64,000 bases of DNA from Antedon mediterranea (taxonomy: Eukaryota > Animalia > Echinodermata), in NCBI RefSeq assembly GCF_964355755.1, contig NC_092674.1, forward strand, positions 248,001 to 312,000, in the 5' to 3' direction. Shown here in pieces: positions 12,101 through 27,100 of this stretch; positions within the stretch are counted from its first letter, which is position 1; the number at the start of each line of letters is the position of its first letter. Below the pieces are notes generated by a model. It made no database searches. It was given only the letters and a program-made list of their open reading frames with translations, and had not been told where the DNA came from. A program made the translations under genes and the position numbers.

Positions 12101-15100
12101 ATGAGAAGGTCTGCAGCACCCTCACAATGTCTGGGAAAACGTCCTTGTTTTAGTCCTCCGTTTATCCGAGCTACTAAAAAACATTGTTCAAGCAACAGTA
12201 TATCGCAAGAAGATCTGTCGTCAGTCCCAAATAACAAACAAATAAACAAATTTACACCACCAACTATCACGTCTGTTGTTTTTAATGAATCACTCCTGCC
12301 ACAGTCTACTAATTCAAAAAAAGAAACTTTAAAAAGTTTAGAAAATCATATGAATGATGCAGATTGTGAGAAAGAAGAGAAAGGACATGAAAGTACGACA
12401 AGTATACATAAAACAGAAAGTATTGTTGAACAAAAAATAAATTCAACTAACACTAACAGAGTTTTTGCAGATGTCACTAGACTTGAAAGATGCAAACAAA
12501 TTAAAGGAAAGTTTACAAACCCAAGTAGCAGTAACCTAACAATCCATCAGAAAAATGAAGAGGAACCAGAGTCTGTTTACTATGCTGTACTTTGGTCAGT
12601 CTTAGTACTTCCTTTCTTATAATAATCTTTTCATATTAAATAATTATGTAATATATATAATTTTTGACAACCTTAACATTTTGTTTACATTACTATAGGT
12701 GTAAAATGTCCAAAAAAAAGCACAAGAAATGGGAAGGTGATGGTAAGTAAGAAAACTATAAATGCAATGAATCCTAATTTTCTCTGCACTGCACAAGACT
12801 TTTTCTGGTTTAACACCCTCATCTATAATTATCTTCTATCTATATCTACAACTTACTGTTAATTTTATAAAAGTTTTTTTGTTATTTCTAATATTTACAC
12901 TAATCCGGTTTATGTTTTTGGTACTAGCCTTCTTAGCAACAAGAGGAAAGTATGTTCGGTTGATAGATCTTGATGGAAAGGAGTAAGCATATTTTTAATC
13001 ATTATATAATATATGAGACGAGTATGCAATATATAACCTAGTAATAATATAGATGTTATTATTTCAAAATGTCCATTAATACTAGATATTTAGGCAATTA
13101 CTGCCATATTAACGTTGTAATCTTGTGTTAGAATTGGCAAGGGAAGTGGCTACAAGTCAAGTGAGTTGAGTACAATGGATGAAGGCCATACACTATTCAT
13201 TGGAGGTAAAGAAATTGAGGTACAGTAATAGTAATTATTTTTTTTGTAATATTGTTTTATGTTGTGGTGAAATTTTTCAGCCGTATCAGCTGTAAATGAG
13301 TATTAAATGTTCAATGAAGATGATAAAAATGAAGTTAGAAATGTATTGGTAATGACACAAGGATTGATGTTTCTTTTTAGGTGATGAATAAAATTTCTAA
13401 AAAAGATTGGAACTCGGGACGTTGTTTTAATGCAGCAGCATCTGTCGCACCATCTTTTGAATCTCATGCTCCTTTAACTCATGCAACAGTTAAAGGATTC
13501 ATTAAGCCTACAAAGGCATGCTCTTCAAATATTAAGGTACAATTCAGATTAGATATTAAATTTAATAGACTGTTGGTAAAAGTGCTGTAAAAGTTTGTAC
13601 AGTATTCCTATTAAGCTCTGTCTACACTAATCTAGTTTGTCAAAAAGAGTGTGATGTGCCCAAATATGGTAGTGATATGACATCACATTTTTTTGTCACA
13701 TAGGTTGATAGTGTGGACAGAGCTTTAGTCATTTGTAGCAGGTCATAAAGCATTTTATTTTTTATTTATTTATTTTTTTGCAGACTGCCAAGTTGTTACC
13801 GCTATTTGACCCCAGTAAGCCAGATGCACTTGTGCTTCCTTCTCCCTCACCCACACAACAATGGAATAATCCAGCAGGCACTAAGGGCACTGTTGATGTT
13901 GTTGTTGATCCGCACCTGAGCAAGAAACTCCGACCACATCAACGTCAAGGAGTTGTTTTCTTATATGAATGTGTAATGGGAAAACACCAAGGATCTGGAG
14001 CTATTCTGGCGTTAGTTTTTATTGACTATTTTTATCCAATAAAAATGAAGGAACAATGAAAATAATTTGTATTAATGACTTTTAATTTTTTACAGAGATG
14101 ACATGGGTTTGGGCAAAACTTTGCAATGTATAACTTTAATATGGTAAGGTGTTTCTGTCTTTCACATAATAAGCATTTGTAATGATATAATATTAAATAA
14201 ACTAGGTTTTATTATCATTCCAAAATCACTACTAACAGAAGACTTGATATGTTTTATTTTTAAGGACGTTATTAAAACAAAACCCTTACAGTGGATCTCC
14301 AGTGCTTCGTAGAGTTTTAATAATCACCCCTGGAAGTCTTGTTAAGGTAAGAGTGTTCCCACAGTAGGTTGGTTAAAGACCAAACATGTTTGCATATGCT
14401 ATTGCTGTACTTTTCAGTTACTGCATATACAGCATACAGTATATTATTTGTACTAGACACAAAACTTTATACATTGTACTGTTTATTGATTGCAGAATAG
14501 AAAATATAATAGTATATTATTTAGGATAATTAAATATATATATTTTTTTTAGAATTGGTGCAGAGAATTTCGAAAATGGCTCGGAGATGAGCGAATTAAA
14601 GTTTTTGCTGTTTCAGGGGAAAAGAAAGTTCAGGTAACCTTGAAAAGAAACGTTTTATTATTCAAAAAAATTAAATGAAAGCAAATTATCCAGACAAAGC
14701 TTTATTTATAACCTTTTTATTTTAGGAATTTCTGCATTCTCCTATTTACCCTGTGATGATAATAAGCTATGAGATGTTTGTACGTTCACTTGAGGATGTT
14801 AAACGTTGTAAATTTGACATAATGATTTGTGATGAGGGACATAGACTTAAAAACACTGCTATCAAAACAACTACTGTAAGTAGAATATAAAGAGTAATGT
14901 TTTCATACACACACTCTGACAGTCACTTCATTGCACAACAAAATCAATGCTTATACTAGAATCAAGAAAATAGTCATATGGTCTATCGACAATTTGCTTT
15001 ATATTGTGTTTTTTTTTTTATTTAGATAATGTCATAAAGTGTAATGAATTTAAAAGGGGTAAATTTGCGTATTCACCATTGATCTTCAATGGAAATTTCC

Positions 15101-18100
15101 ATATCTTCAGAGATAAAACATCAAGACACAACTAATTATACAGGAATTTTTTTGCAGTTCTTATCTAGTTTACAAGTTAAAAGAAGAATCTTATTAACTG
15201 GAACTCCAATACAGGTACAGTATATGCACTCAATTGTATATGCACAGATCTGACCTGTATGCACACATTGTATATCCACACATTGTATATGCACAGATCT
15301 GACCTGTATCCACACATTGTATATCCACACATTGTATATGCACAGATCTGACCTGTATGCACACATTGTATATCCACGCATTGTATATGCACAGATCTGA
15401 CCTGTATGCACACATTGTATATCCACACATTGTAAATGCACAGATCTGACCTGTATGCACACATTGTATATCCACACATTATATATATGCACAGATCTGA
15501 CCTGTATGCACACATTGTATATCCACACATTGTATATGCACAGATCTGACCTGTATGCACACATTGTATATGCACAGATCTGACCTGTATCCACACATTG
15601 TATATCTACACATTGTATATGCACAGATCTGACCTGTATGCACACATTGTATATGCACACATTGTAAATGCACAGATCTGACCTGTATGCACACATTGTA
15701 TATCCACACATTGTAAATGCACAGATCTGACCTGTATGCACACATTGTATATGCACACATTGTATATGCACAGATCTGACCTGTATGCACACATTGTATA
15801 TCCACACATTGTATATGCACAGATCTGACCTGTATGCACACATTGTATATCCACACATTGTAAATGCACAGATCTGACCTGTATGCACACATTGTATATG
15901 CACAGATCTGACCTGTATGCACACATTGTATATCCACACATTGTATATCCACACATTGTATATGCACAGATCTGACCTGTATGCACACATTGTATATCCA
16001 CACATTGTATATGCACAGATCTGACCTGTATGCACACATTGTATATCCACACATTGTAAATGCACAGATCTGACCTGTATGCACACATTGTATATCCACA
16101 CATTGTAAATGCACAGATCTGACCTGTATGCACACATTGTATATCCACACATTGTATATGCACAGATCTGACCTGTATGCACACATTGTATATCCACACA
16201 TTGTATATGCACAGATCTGACCTGTATGCACACATTGTATATCCACACATTGTATATGCACAGATCTGACCTGTATGCACACATTGTATATCCACACATT
16301 GTATATGCACAGATCTGACCTGTATGCACACATTGTATATCCACACATTGTAAATGCACAGATCTGACCTGTATGCACACATTGTATATGCACACATTGT
16401 ATATGCACACATTGTATATGCACAGATCTGACCTGTATGCACACATTGTATATCCACACATTGTATATGCACAGATCTGACCTGTATCCACACATTGTAT
16501 ATCCACACATTGTATATGCACAGATCTGACCTGTATGCACACATTGTATATCCACACATTGTATATGCACAGATCTGACCTGTATGCACACATTGTATAT
16601 CCACACATTGTATATGCACAGATCTGACCTGTATGCACACATTGTATATCCACACATTGTATATGCACAGATCTGACGTGTATGCACACATTGTATATCC
16701 ACACATTGTAAATGCACAGATCTGACCTGTATGCACACATTGTATATCCACACATTGTATATGCACAGATCTGACCTGTATCCACACATTGTATATGCAC
16801 AGATCTGACCTGTATGCACACATTGTATATCCACACATTGTATATCCACACATTGTATATGCACAGATCTGACCTGTATGCACACATTGTATATCCACAC
16901 ATTGTATATGCAGAGATCTGACCTGTATCCACACATTGTATATCCACACATTGTATAAGCACAGATCTGACCTGTATGCACACATTGTATATCCACACAT
17001 TGTATATGCACAGATCTGACCTGTATCCACACATTGTATATCCACACATTGTATATGCACAGATCTGACCTGTATGCACACATTGTATATCCACACATTG
17101 TATATGCACAGATCTGACCTGTATGCACACATTGTATATCCACACATTGTAAATGCACAGATCTGACCTGTATGCACACATTGTATATCCACACATTGTA
17201 TATGCACAGATCTGACCTGTATGCACACATTGTATATCCACACATTGTAAATGCACAGATCTGACCTGTATGCACACATTGTATATCCACACATTGTATA
17301 TGCACAGATCTGACCTGTATGCACACATTGTATATCCACACATTGTATATGCACAGATCTGACCTGTATGCACACATTGTATATGCACACATTGTATATG
17401 CACAGATCTGACCTGTATGCACACATTGTATATCCACACATTGTATATGCACAGATCTGACCTGTATCCACACATTGTATATCCACACATTGTATATGCA
17501 CAGATCTGACCTGTATGCACACATTGTATATCCACACATTGTATATGCACAGATCTGACCTGTATGCACACATTGTATATCCACACATTGTATATGCACA
17601 GATCTGACGTGTATGCACACATTGTATATCCACACATTGTATATGCACAGATCTGACGTGTATGCACACATTGTATATCCACACATTGTATATGCACAGA
17701 TCTGACGTGTATGCACACATTGTATATCCACACATTGTATATGCACAGATCTGACCTGTATGCACACATTGTATATCCACACATTGTATATGCACAGATC
17801 TGACCTGTATGCACAAATTGTATATCCACACATTGTATATGCACAGATCTGACCTGTATGCACACATTGTATATCCACACATTGTATATGCACAGATCTG
17901 ACCTGTATGCACACATTGTATATCCACACATTGTATATGCACAGATCGGACCTGTATGCACACATTGTATATCCACACATTGTATATGCACAGATCTGAC
18001 CTGTATGCACACATTGTATATCCACACATTGTATATGCACAGATCTGACCTCTATGCACACATTGTATATCCACACATTGTAAATGCACAGATCTGACCT

Positions 18101-21100
18101 GTATGCACACATTGTATATCCACACATTGTATATGCACAGATCTGACCTGTATGCACACATTGTATATCCACACATTGTATATGCACAGATCTGACCTGT
18201 ATGCACACATTGTATATCCACACATTGTATATGCACAGATCTGACCTGTATGCACACATTGTATATCCACACATTGTATATGCACAGATCTGACCTGTAT
18301 GCACACATTGTATATCCACACATTGTATATGCACAGATCTGACCTGTATGCACACATTGTATATGCACAGATCTGACCTGTATGCACACATTGTATATCC
18401 ACACATTGTAAATGCACAGATCTGACCTGTATGCACACATTGTATATCCACACATTGTATATGCACAGATCTGACCTGTATGCACACATTGTATATCCAC
18501 ACATTGTATATGCACAGATCTGACCTGTATGCACACATTGTATATCCACACATTGTAAATGCACAGATCTGACCTGTATGCACACATTGTATATCCACAC
18601 ATTGTAAATGCACAGATCTGACCTGTATGCACACATTGTATATCCACACATTGTATATGCACAGATCTGACCTGTATGCACACATTGTATATCCACACAT
18701 TGTATATGCACAGATCTGACCTGTATGCACACATTGTATATCCACACATTGTATATGCACAGATCTGACCTGTATGCACACATTGTATATCCACACATTG
18801 TATATGCACAGATCTGACCTGTATGCACACATTGTATATCCACACATTGTATATGCACAGATCTGACCTGTATGCACACATTGTATATCCTATAAAGTAG
18901 TTCAATTCTCTCTCTATTTGTTTATTTTCAGAATGATTTACAAGAATTCTACTCACTTATTGAATTCTGCAATCCTGGAATATTGGGTAATTTAACCATT
19001 ATATCTTATTGAATTCTGCAATCCTGGAATATTGGGTAATTTAACCATTATATCTTATTGAATTCTGCAACCCTGGAATATTGGGTAATTTAACCATTAT
19101 ATCTTATTGAATTCTGCAACCCTGGAATATTGGGTAATTTAACCATTATATCTTATTGAATTCTGCAACCCTGGAATATTGGGTAATTTAACCATTATAT
19201 CTTATTGAATTCTGCAACCCTGGAATATTGGGTAATTTAACCATTATATCTTATTGAATTCTGCAATCCTGGAATATTGGGTAATTTTACCATTATATCT
19301 TATTGAATTCTGCAATCCTGTAATATTGGGTAATTTAACCATTATATCTTATTGAATTCTGCAACCCTGGAATATTTGGTAATTTAACCATTATATCTTA
19401 TTGAATTCTGCAACCCTGGAATATTAGGTAATTTAACCATTATATCTTTTTGAATTCTGCAACCCTGGAATATTGGGTAATTTAACCATTATATCTTATT
19501 GAATTCTGCAACCCTGGAATATTGGGTAATTTAACCATTATATCTTATTGAATTCTGCAACCCTGGAATATTGGGTAATTTAACCATTATATCTTATTGA
19601 ATTCTGCAATCCTGGAATATTGGGTAATTTAACCATTATATCTTATTGAATTCTGCAATCCTGGAATATTGGGTAATTTAACCATTATATCTTATTGAAT
19701 TCTGCAACCCTGGAATATTGGGTAATTTAACCATTATATCTTATTGAATTCTGCAACCCTGGAATATTGGGTAATTTAACCATTATATCTTATTGAATTC
19801 TGCAACCCTGGAATATTGGGTAATTTAACCATTATATCTTATTGAATTCTGCAACCCTGGAATATTGGGTAATTTAACCATTATATCTGATTGAATTCTG
19901 CAACCCTGGAATATTGGGTAATTTAACCATTATATCTTATTGAATTCTGCAACCCTGGAATATTGGGTAATTTAACCATTATATCTTATTGAATTCTGCA
20001 ACCCTGGAATATTGGGTAATTTAACCATTATATCTTATTGAATTCTGCAACCCTGGAATATTGGGTAATTTAACCATTATATCTTATTGAATTCTGCAAC
20101 CCTGGAATATTAGGTAATTTAACCATTATATCTTATTGAATTCTGCAACCCTGGAATATTAGGTAATTTATCCATTATCTTATTGAATTCTGCAACCCTG
20201 GAATATTGGGTAATTTAACCATTATATCTTATTGAATTCTGCAACCCTGGAATATTAGGTAATTTAACCATTATATCTTATTGAATTCTGCAACCCTGGA
20301 ATATTGGGTAATTTAACCATTATATCTTATTGAATTCTGCAACCCTGGAATATTAGGTAATTTAACCATTATATCTTATTGAATTCTGCAACCCTGGAAT
20401 ATTAGGTAATTTAACCATTATATTATATCTTATTGAATTCTGCAACCCTGGAATATTAGGTAATTTAACCATTATATCTTATTGAATTCTGCAACCCTGG
20501 AATATTAGGTAATTTAACCATTATATCTTATTGAATTCTGCAACCCTGGAATATTAGGTAATTTAACCATTATATCTTATTGAATTCTGCAATCCTGGAA
20601 TATTAGGTAATTTAACCATTATATCTTATTGAATTCTGCAATCCTGGAATATTGGGTAATTTAACCATTATATCTTATTGAATTCTGCAACCCTGGAATA
20701 TTAGGTAATTTAACCATTGTATCTTATTGAATTCTGCAACCCTGGAATATTAGGTAATTTAACCATTGTATCTTATTGAATTCTGCAACCCTGGAATATT
20801 GGGTAATTTAACCATTATATCTTATTGAATTCTGCAACCCTGGAATATTAGGTAATTTAACCATTATATCTTATTGAATTCTGCAACCCTGGAATATTGG
20901 GTAATTTAACCATTATATCTTATTGAATTCTGCAACCCTGGAATATTAGGTAATTTAACCATTATATCTTATTGAATTCTGCAACCCTGGGATATTAGGT
21001 AATTTAACCATTATATCTTATTGAATTCTGCAACCCTGGAATATTAGGTAATTTAACCATTATATCTTATTGAATTCTGCAACCCTGGAATATTGGGTAA

Positions 21101-24100
21101 TTTAACCATTATATCCTATTGAATTCTGCAACCCTGGAATATTGGGTAATTTAACCATTATATCTTATTGAATTCTGCAACCCTGGAATATTTGGTAATT
21201 TAACCATTATATCTTATTGAATTCTGCAACCCTGGAATATTGGGTAATTTAACCATTATATCTTATTGAATTCTGCAACCCTGGAATATTGGGTAATTTA
21301 ACCATTATATCTTATTGAATTCTGCAACCCTGAAATATTGGGTAATTTAACCATTATATCTTATTGAATTCTGCAACCCTGGAATATTGGGTAATTTAAC
21401 CATTATATCTTATTGAATTCTGCAACCCTGGAATATTGGGTAATTTAACCATTATATCTTATTGAATTCTGCAACCCTGGAATATTAGGTAATTTAACCA
21501 TTATATCTTATTGAATTCTGCAACCCTGGAATATTGGGTAATTTAACCATTATATCTTCAACAAAACCTACACAAATGCCTTAAAAGTTGCACTATTTAC
21601 TATATTCTTGGATTGATTCATTATTCTAGGCTCCAGTTCATCATTCCATCATGTGTATGAAGTGCCAATTGTAAGGTCTCGTCAGCCTGACGCAACTGAA
21701 GAGGACAAGCAGCTAGGTGCGACACGAGCAGCAGAGGTAATCATGTCAGTTCTTTGTTGACTTTAAAAATCTGATAAAAAACAAAGATGGTTTATATACT
21801 TATTTTGTTTACTTATTTTGTTTACTTATTTTGTTTACTTATTTTGTTTACTTATTTTGTTTACTTATTTTGTTTACTTATGTTTGTATTGTTAATGAAT
21901 AGTTTGTTGATTATTTTCACTATTGAATACATTTATTAGATTAATGTATTTATTTTTTAACAGCTGTCAAGAATAACAAAACAGTTTGTGTTGAGAAGAT
22001 CTCAAGATGTTATTAATATACATTTACCTCCTAAAGGTAATGTTTAAATTACATACCATTTCTTTAAAACTATGCATCATTAAAAGTGATAGATCAATTG
22101 TGGAAACATTAGCATTATGAATTCTTGTGATTTAGTGAATGATGCCGGCCAGATTATAAGCATAAGCCTCTAGCTAGTTTGGAACTGTACCATTACTGTA
22201 CATTAATCTTTATCTTTTAATCTTTCAGTTGAGAATGTCGTATTTTGTCAACCATCTAACCTCCAACTTCAACTCTATGAGTCTATACTTAAGTCGTGTA
22301 TTCTTAAGGAATGTCTAACAGGATTTTCCAATGGTGCATTACATCTTATGTGTATTTCAGCTATCAAAAAGTTATGCAGTGAACCTAGTCTTCTATTACC
22401 AGCCTGCTTAGAAGCAGACAGTAGTATACATGATGATAATTCGGTATGATATTTGCATTTAATAGAAAGTAAACAAATCAATTTATTTCAATAAAACCTG
22501 TTATATTTCACAGATTGTAAGGTCTTAATTATTTTTTAAATTTTGTTAGACACGTCTATACCAAGGACTTGCTAGTCTCTATCCAGACGTCTTTACAAGT
22601 GAAAACTTCAGTGTTGAATATAGTGGGAAGTTAAAGGTTCTTTCACAACTGCTGCATTCAGTCCATCAAAATGAGCCTGCATCAAAAGTTGTAGTTGTGT
22701 CTGCTTATACTCAGGTATTCACAAAGAAGTATCTTTAGTATAATTTTAATATTAGTACCTGTCTCTATGGATTGAATATTAACTATGAAACTACTGAGAC
22801 ATACTCAGTGCTTTGGCATCAATGTCAATTACTGATATACTGTAGCTGATAGTTACAGTATTGTATAATACTTAGTAAAGACGACACACAAAGATATGTG
22901 ATAACTTTGGTGACTTTAAATAACTTTCAAATAAAACAACATGGTGGTCAGCTCCGCACGTTGTTCAACCGTTACCTCCACAATAAGAACTCTCTACATG
23001 ACAAGTATGGGCGGCCTTAAGAGCCTCACAAATATATTATCATTCCCTGTTATATAAAATATATCTTAACTTGTACTATTTCTACTCTTAACTCCCACTA
23101 AATGTCTTTTGTTTTTCAGACATTAGATCTTTTACAGCGTCTTTGTGACTCTGCTAATTACAACTTTTGTCGTTTAGATGGCAGCACACCAACAGCAAAA
23201 AGACAAAATATTGTTGAACATTTTAACTCCTCTTATTCCAATGATTGTAAGTTCATCAAAATGAATTCAGTTGTTGACAAATTAGGTGCATTAAATAAAC
23301 AGTTTTCTTATGGTATATTTATTTTTAAATAAACACATATTATCTTTTTTGCAGTTGTATTTCTGTTAAGTTCCAAAGCAGGAGGTGTTGGTTTAAATCT
23401 GATTGGTGCTTCACGCCTCGTTCTGTATGACGTCGATTGGAATCCAGCCAATGATCTTCAGGTATTATTGCAGTTAACCTTATAGGCCTTGATTATATAC
23501 ATGTAATAACAACAGTTAACAGTTGTATATATACACTGGTCTATGGAAAGCCAAACCCGCCAAAAATACATAATACATACCATCCACCAATAATTAATTC
23601 GTACAAAATTCAAACCATCCAATATTATCTCATGCAGTTCAATGAAAACTTAAACCATTCACCTAGTATCTACACCATCCAATACAATGTGTGACCATCT
23701 ACCACTAGCCCAAACGACAATACGCCGAACAAACTACCCATAACACAAACCATCTAAAGAATGTTGAGCCCAGGCAGCAATAATTGAATTAATCTAACGT
23801 TAATACAAGTATATATTAGCCAACTCATTTATCAACATTTCATGTAGTTCATGAACATTTCAAACAAAGCATCTTAATTATAGTTCATCGAATTCTAATT
23901 CTAATACATTGCCTGTTTTATACACCGTTCGTCTGTTCAACAGTTTAAACAACTGTTTTGCACACGATACGCCCGTTCGTGAGTTCAAACCATGATATTT
24001 GAAGCATCGACTTTCCAAACAGCGATTTTTCGCACCGAACGTATTTTCTTGAGTTAAAGTGGTTGCATTTCAATCACTTACTTTTGATTGGCCAGTATTA

Positions 24101-27100
24101 CACACCGTTCGCTTGTTCGTGATTTCAAACCATGATATTTGAAGCATCGACTTTCCAAACGGCGATTTTTCGCACCGAACGTATTTTCTTGAGTTAAAGT
24201 GGTTGCATTTCAATCACCTACTTTCGATTGGCCAGTAGTACACACCGTTCGCTTGTTCGTGATTTCATGTGATAACATTTCATGCGACAACTTTTCAAAC
24301 GTTAGCTTTTGGCTCCGCTTACGTATATATCAGTTGATATACTATTTTTTAATGTTCACACTTTCCATACATCAGTTTTGTACATCATTCGCATTTACGC
24401 ATGTAAAGTGTAGATATTCCACTCGACAAGTTTTAAAACGGTAGTTTTTTTTTTATTGTTTAATTTTAACTGTTGGCGCCGATTTTATATTGGGGGGGGG
24501 GGGGGAGGTGTTCGGTACTGAATGTGAACAGTACACATTTTTAAATATGGTACCTCTACATGTCCGGAAATTACACTCTCTCAAAAAAGGGGGTTTTTTT
24601 CCGTATTGTGTAATATTAAATCAACCACAACCACAACCATAAGATGAGAACATTTTCTACGCCCGATCACAAATCTTGCCCGTCCTGGTCTGCCAGTGTG
24701 AATCATGGCAGAGTCCGTGGTGGGCGTATGTTCGTCTCCTACCTGGCCTGGGCCAATGACTTCTTCTATCGCTCTTTTACTCGCTACAAGATTATCGATT
24801 ACCTCTAACCGGATATCGTCATGCCCGATTAGATTATCGTTTCGATAATAACCTCCAGTCGCATTGGGAGTGGCATTAATAGATGTCTATCAATGTTACC
24901 ATTCACATACTGTTCAAGTGTTTGACAGATTTCTTGCAAAGCAATAGCAATAGGAACATACGCCATGTTAAAGACTTTTGGGAATATGAGAGGGGACTAT
25001 ACATTTTATTCTAGCTGGAATATTTTTAATGAGTACAATTTCAGGGCATAACATGTCCATTGTTCCTAAAATGTTCTCATCTTATGGTTGTGGTTGTGGT
25101 TGATTTAATATTACACACTACGGAAAAAAAACCCCTTTTTTGAGAGAGTGTAATTTCCGGACATGTAGAGGTACCATATTTAAAAATGTGTACTGTTCAC
25201 ATTCAGTACCGAACACCTCCCCCCCCCCCCAATATAAAATCGGCGCCAACAGTTACAATTAAACAATAAAAAAAAAAACTACCTTTTAAAACTTGTCGAG
25301 TGGAATATCTACACTTTACATGCGTAAATGCGAATGATGTACAAAACTGATGTATGGAAAGTATGAAAATTAAAAAATAGTATATCAACTGATATATACG
25401 TAAGCGGAGCCAAAAGCTAACGTTTGAAAAGTTGTCGAATGAAATGTTATCACATGAAATCACGAACAAGCGAACGGTGTGTAATACTGGCCAATCGAAA
25501 GTAGGTGATTGAAATGCAACCACTTTAACTCAAGAAAATACGTTCGGTGCGAAAAATCGCCGTTTGGAAAGTCGATGCTTCAAATATCATGGTTTGAAAT
25601 CACGAACAAGCGAACGGTGTGTAATACTGGCCAATCAAAAGTAAGTGATTGAAATGCAACCACTTTAACTCAAGAAAATACGTTCGGTGCGAAAAATCGC
25701 TGTTTGGAAAGTCGATGCTTCAAATATCATGGTTTGAACTCACGAACGGGCGTATCGTGTGCAAAACAGTTGTTTAAACTGTTGAACAGACGAACGGTGT
25801 ATAAAACAGGCAATGTATTAGAATTAGAATTCGATGAACTATAATTAAGATGCTTTGTTTGAAATGTTCATGAACTACATGAAATGTTGATAAATGAGTT
25901 GGCTAATATATACTTGTATTAACGTTAGATTAATTCAATTATTGCTGCCTGGGCTCAACATTCTTTAGATGGTTTGTGTTATGGGTAGTTTGTTCGGCGT
26001 ATTGTCGTTTGGGCTAGTGGTAGATGGTTACACATTGTATTGGATGGTGTAGATACTAGGTGAATGGTTTAAGTTTTCATTGAACTGCATGAGATAATAT
26101 TGGATGGTTTGAATTTTGTACGAATTAATTATTGGTGGATGGTATGTATTATGTATTTTTGGCGGGTTTGGCTTTCCATACTGGTCGTTTTGTATTGCAG
26201 TTAACCATAATGCTGTGATTATATACATGTATGTATTTATACATTATGTTTGTTTTGTAGGCTATGGCTAGAATATGGCGAGATGGACAAATGAAAAAAG
26301 TGCATATTTACAGACTCTTGACTACAGTATGAATGTTGTTTTTTTGTTAAATTAGGTTTTCCAAACTATTTTTTTTGCATTTTTTTTCTACTACTAAAAG
26401 TAATTTATTACAGCATAATACACAAAATAATTTACATAATTACATTGTTTTGTATCACAGGGTACAATAGAAGAGAAAATTTACCAGCGACAGATAAGCA
26501 AGCAAGGACTTAGTGGAGCTATTGTAGATGCTAACATTAATACTAAGACTGTGTTCTCAACTGAAGAACTTAAGGTAACACTAAAACCATGTTCTGGACA
26601 CGTCTGTTCTAGTTACTAGAGTATAATATTAATAATAATATCCATAATTCAATCAGCTATTGTAGTTTTCTTGCAAGATATGAGAATGAATTTTAAATAA
26701 TATTAGTTTGAACTGTTTCTGCCTTTTTTCACTTATAGGATCTGTTTACACTACACACAGACTCCGCATGTGTAACCCATGACCTCTTGACCTGTAGCTG
26801 TTCTTCACACAAGCAACTAAATTCTACTGTTGAAGCTCCAAGACGACGATGTCAATTGGGTGACAAGTCAACTCCTCGAAGCATATCAATGGATGAACTA
26901 CTTAAATGGCAGCACATTCCAGTATCTAAAGGCTCTATAAATAAGGTGTGTTATAAGTGTAATTACTAAATGTCTATACATGTATTTTACTTGGTTAATA
27001 TATAAATTAACTCAATTGCTTATATTTATTTTAGGATCCATGTCTCCAAAGCGATTCAATCACTTTTATATTCCGCAATGAAGTCAATGAAGGTGATGGT

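Noticed and set aside
15021-15040. Strong-looking acceptor (T-tract + TAG at 15025) as a RAD54B exon start
   Set aside because: Gives IMS-stop immediately; the acceptor at 15157 gives the conserved [10 protein letters not shown] frame. A poison-exon role cannot be supported from sequence alone.
15136-18956. Very long Cys-rich minus-strand ORFs (963-1132 aa)
   Set aside because: They are translations of a 49-bp satellite that lacks stops on that strand in all three frames; it lies inside a RAD54B intron with no unique coding sequence.
18956-21558. CRISPR-like appearance of regular arrays (also 35241, 50203, 55937)
   Set aside because: Units are head-to-tail with no unique spacers, no cas genes are present, and the DNA is eukaryotic.
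24199-25523. Pair of near-identical ORFs on opposite strands
   Set aside because: Mirror images from the foldback arms; no recognisable domain.
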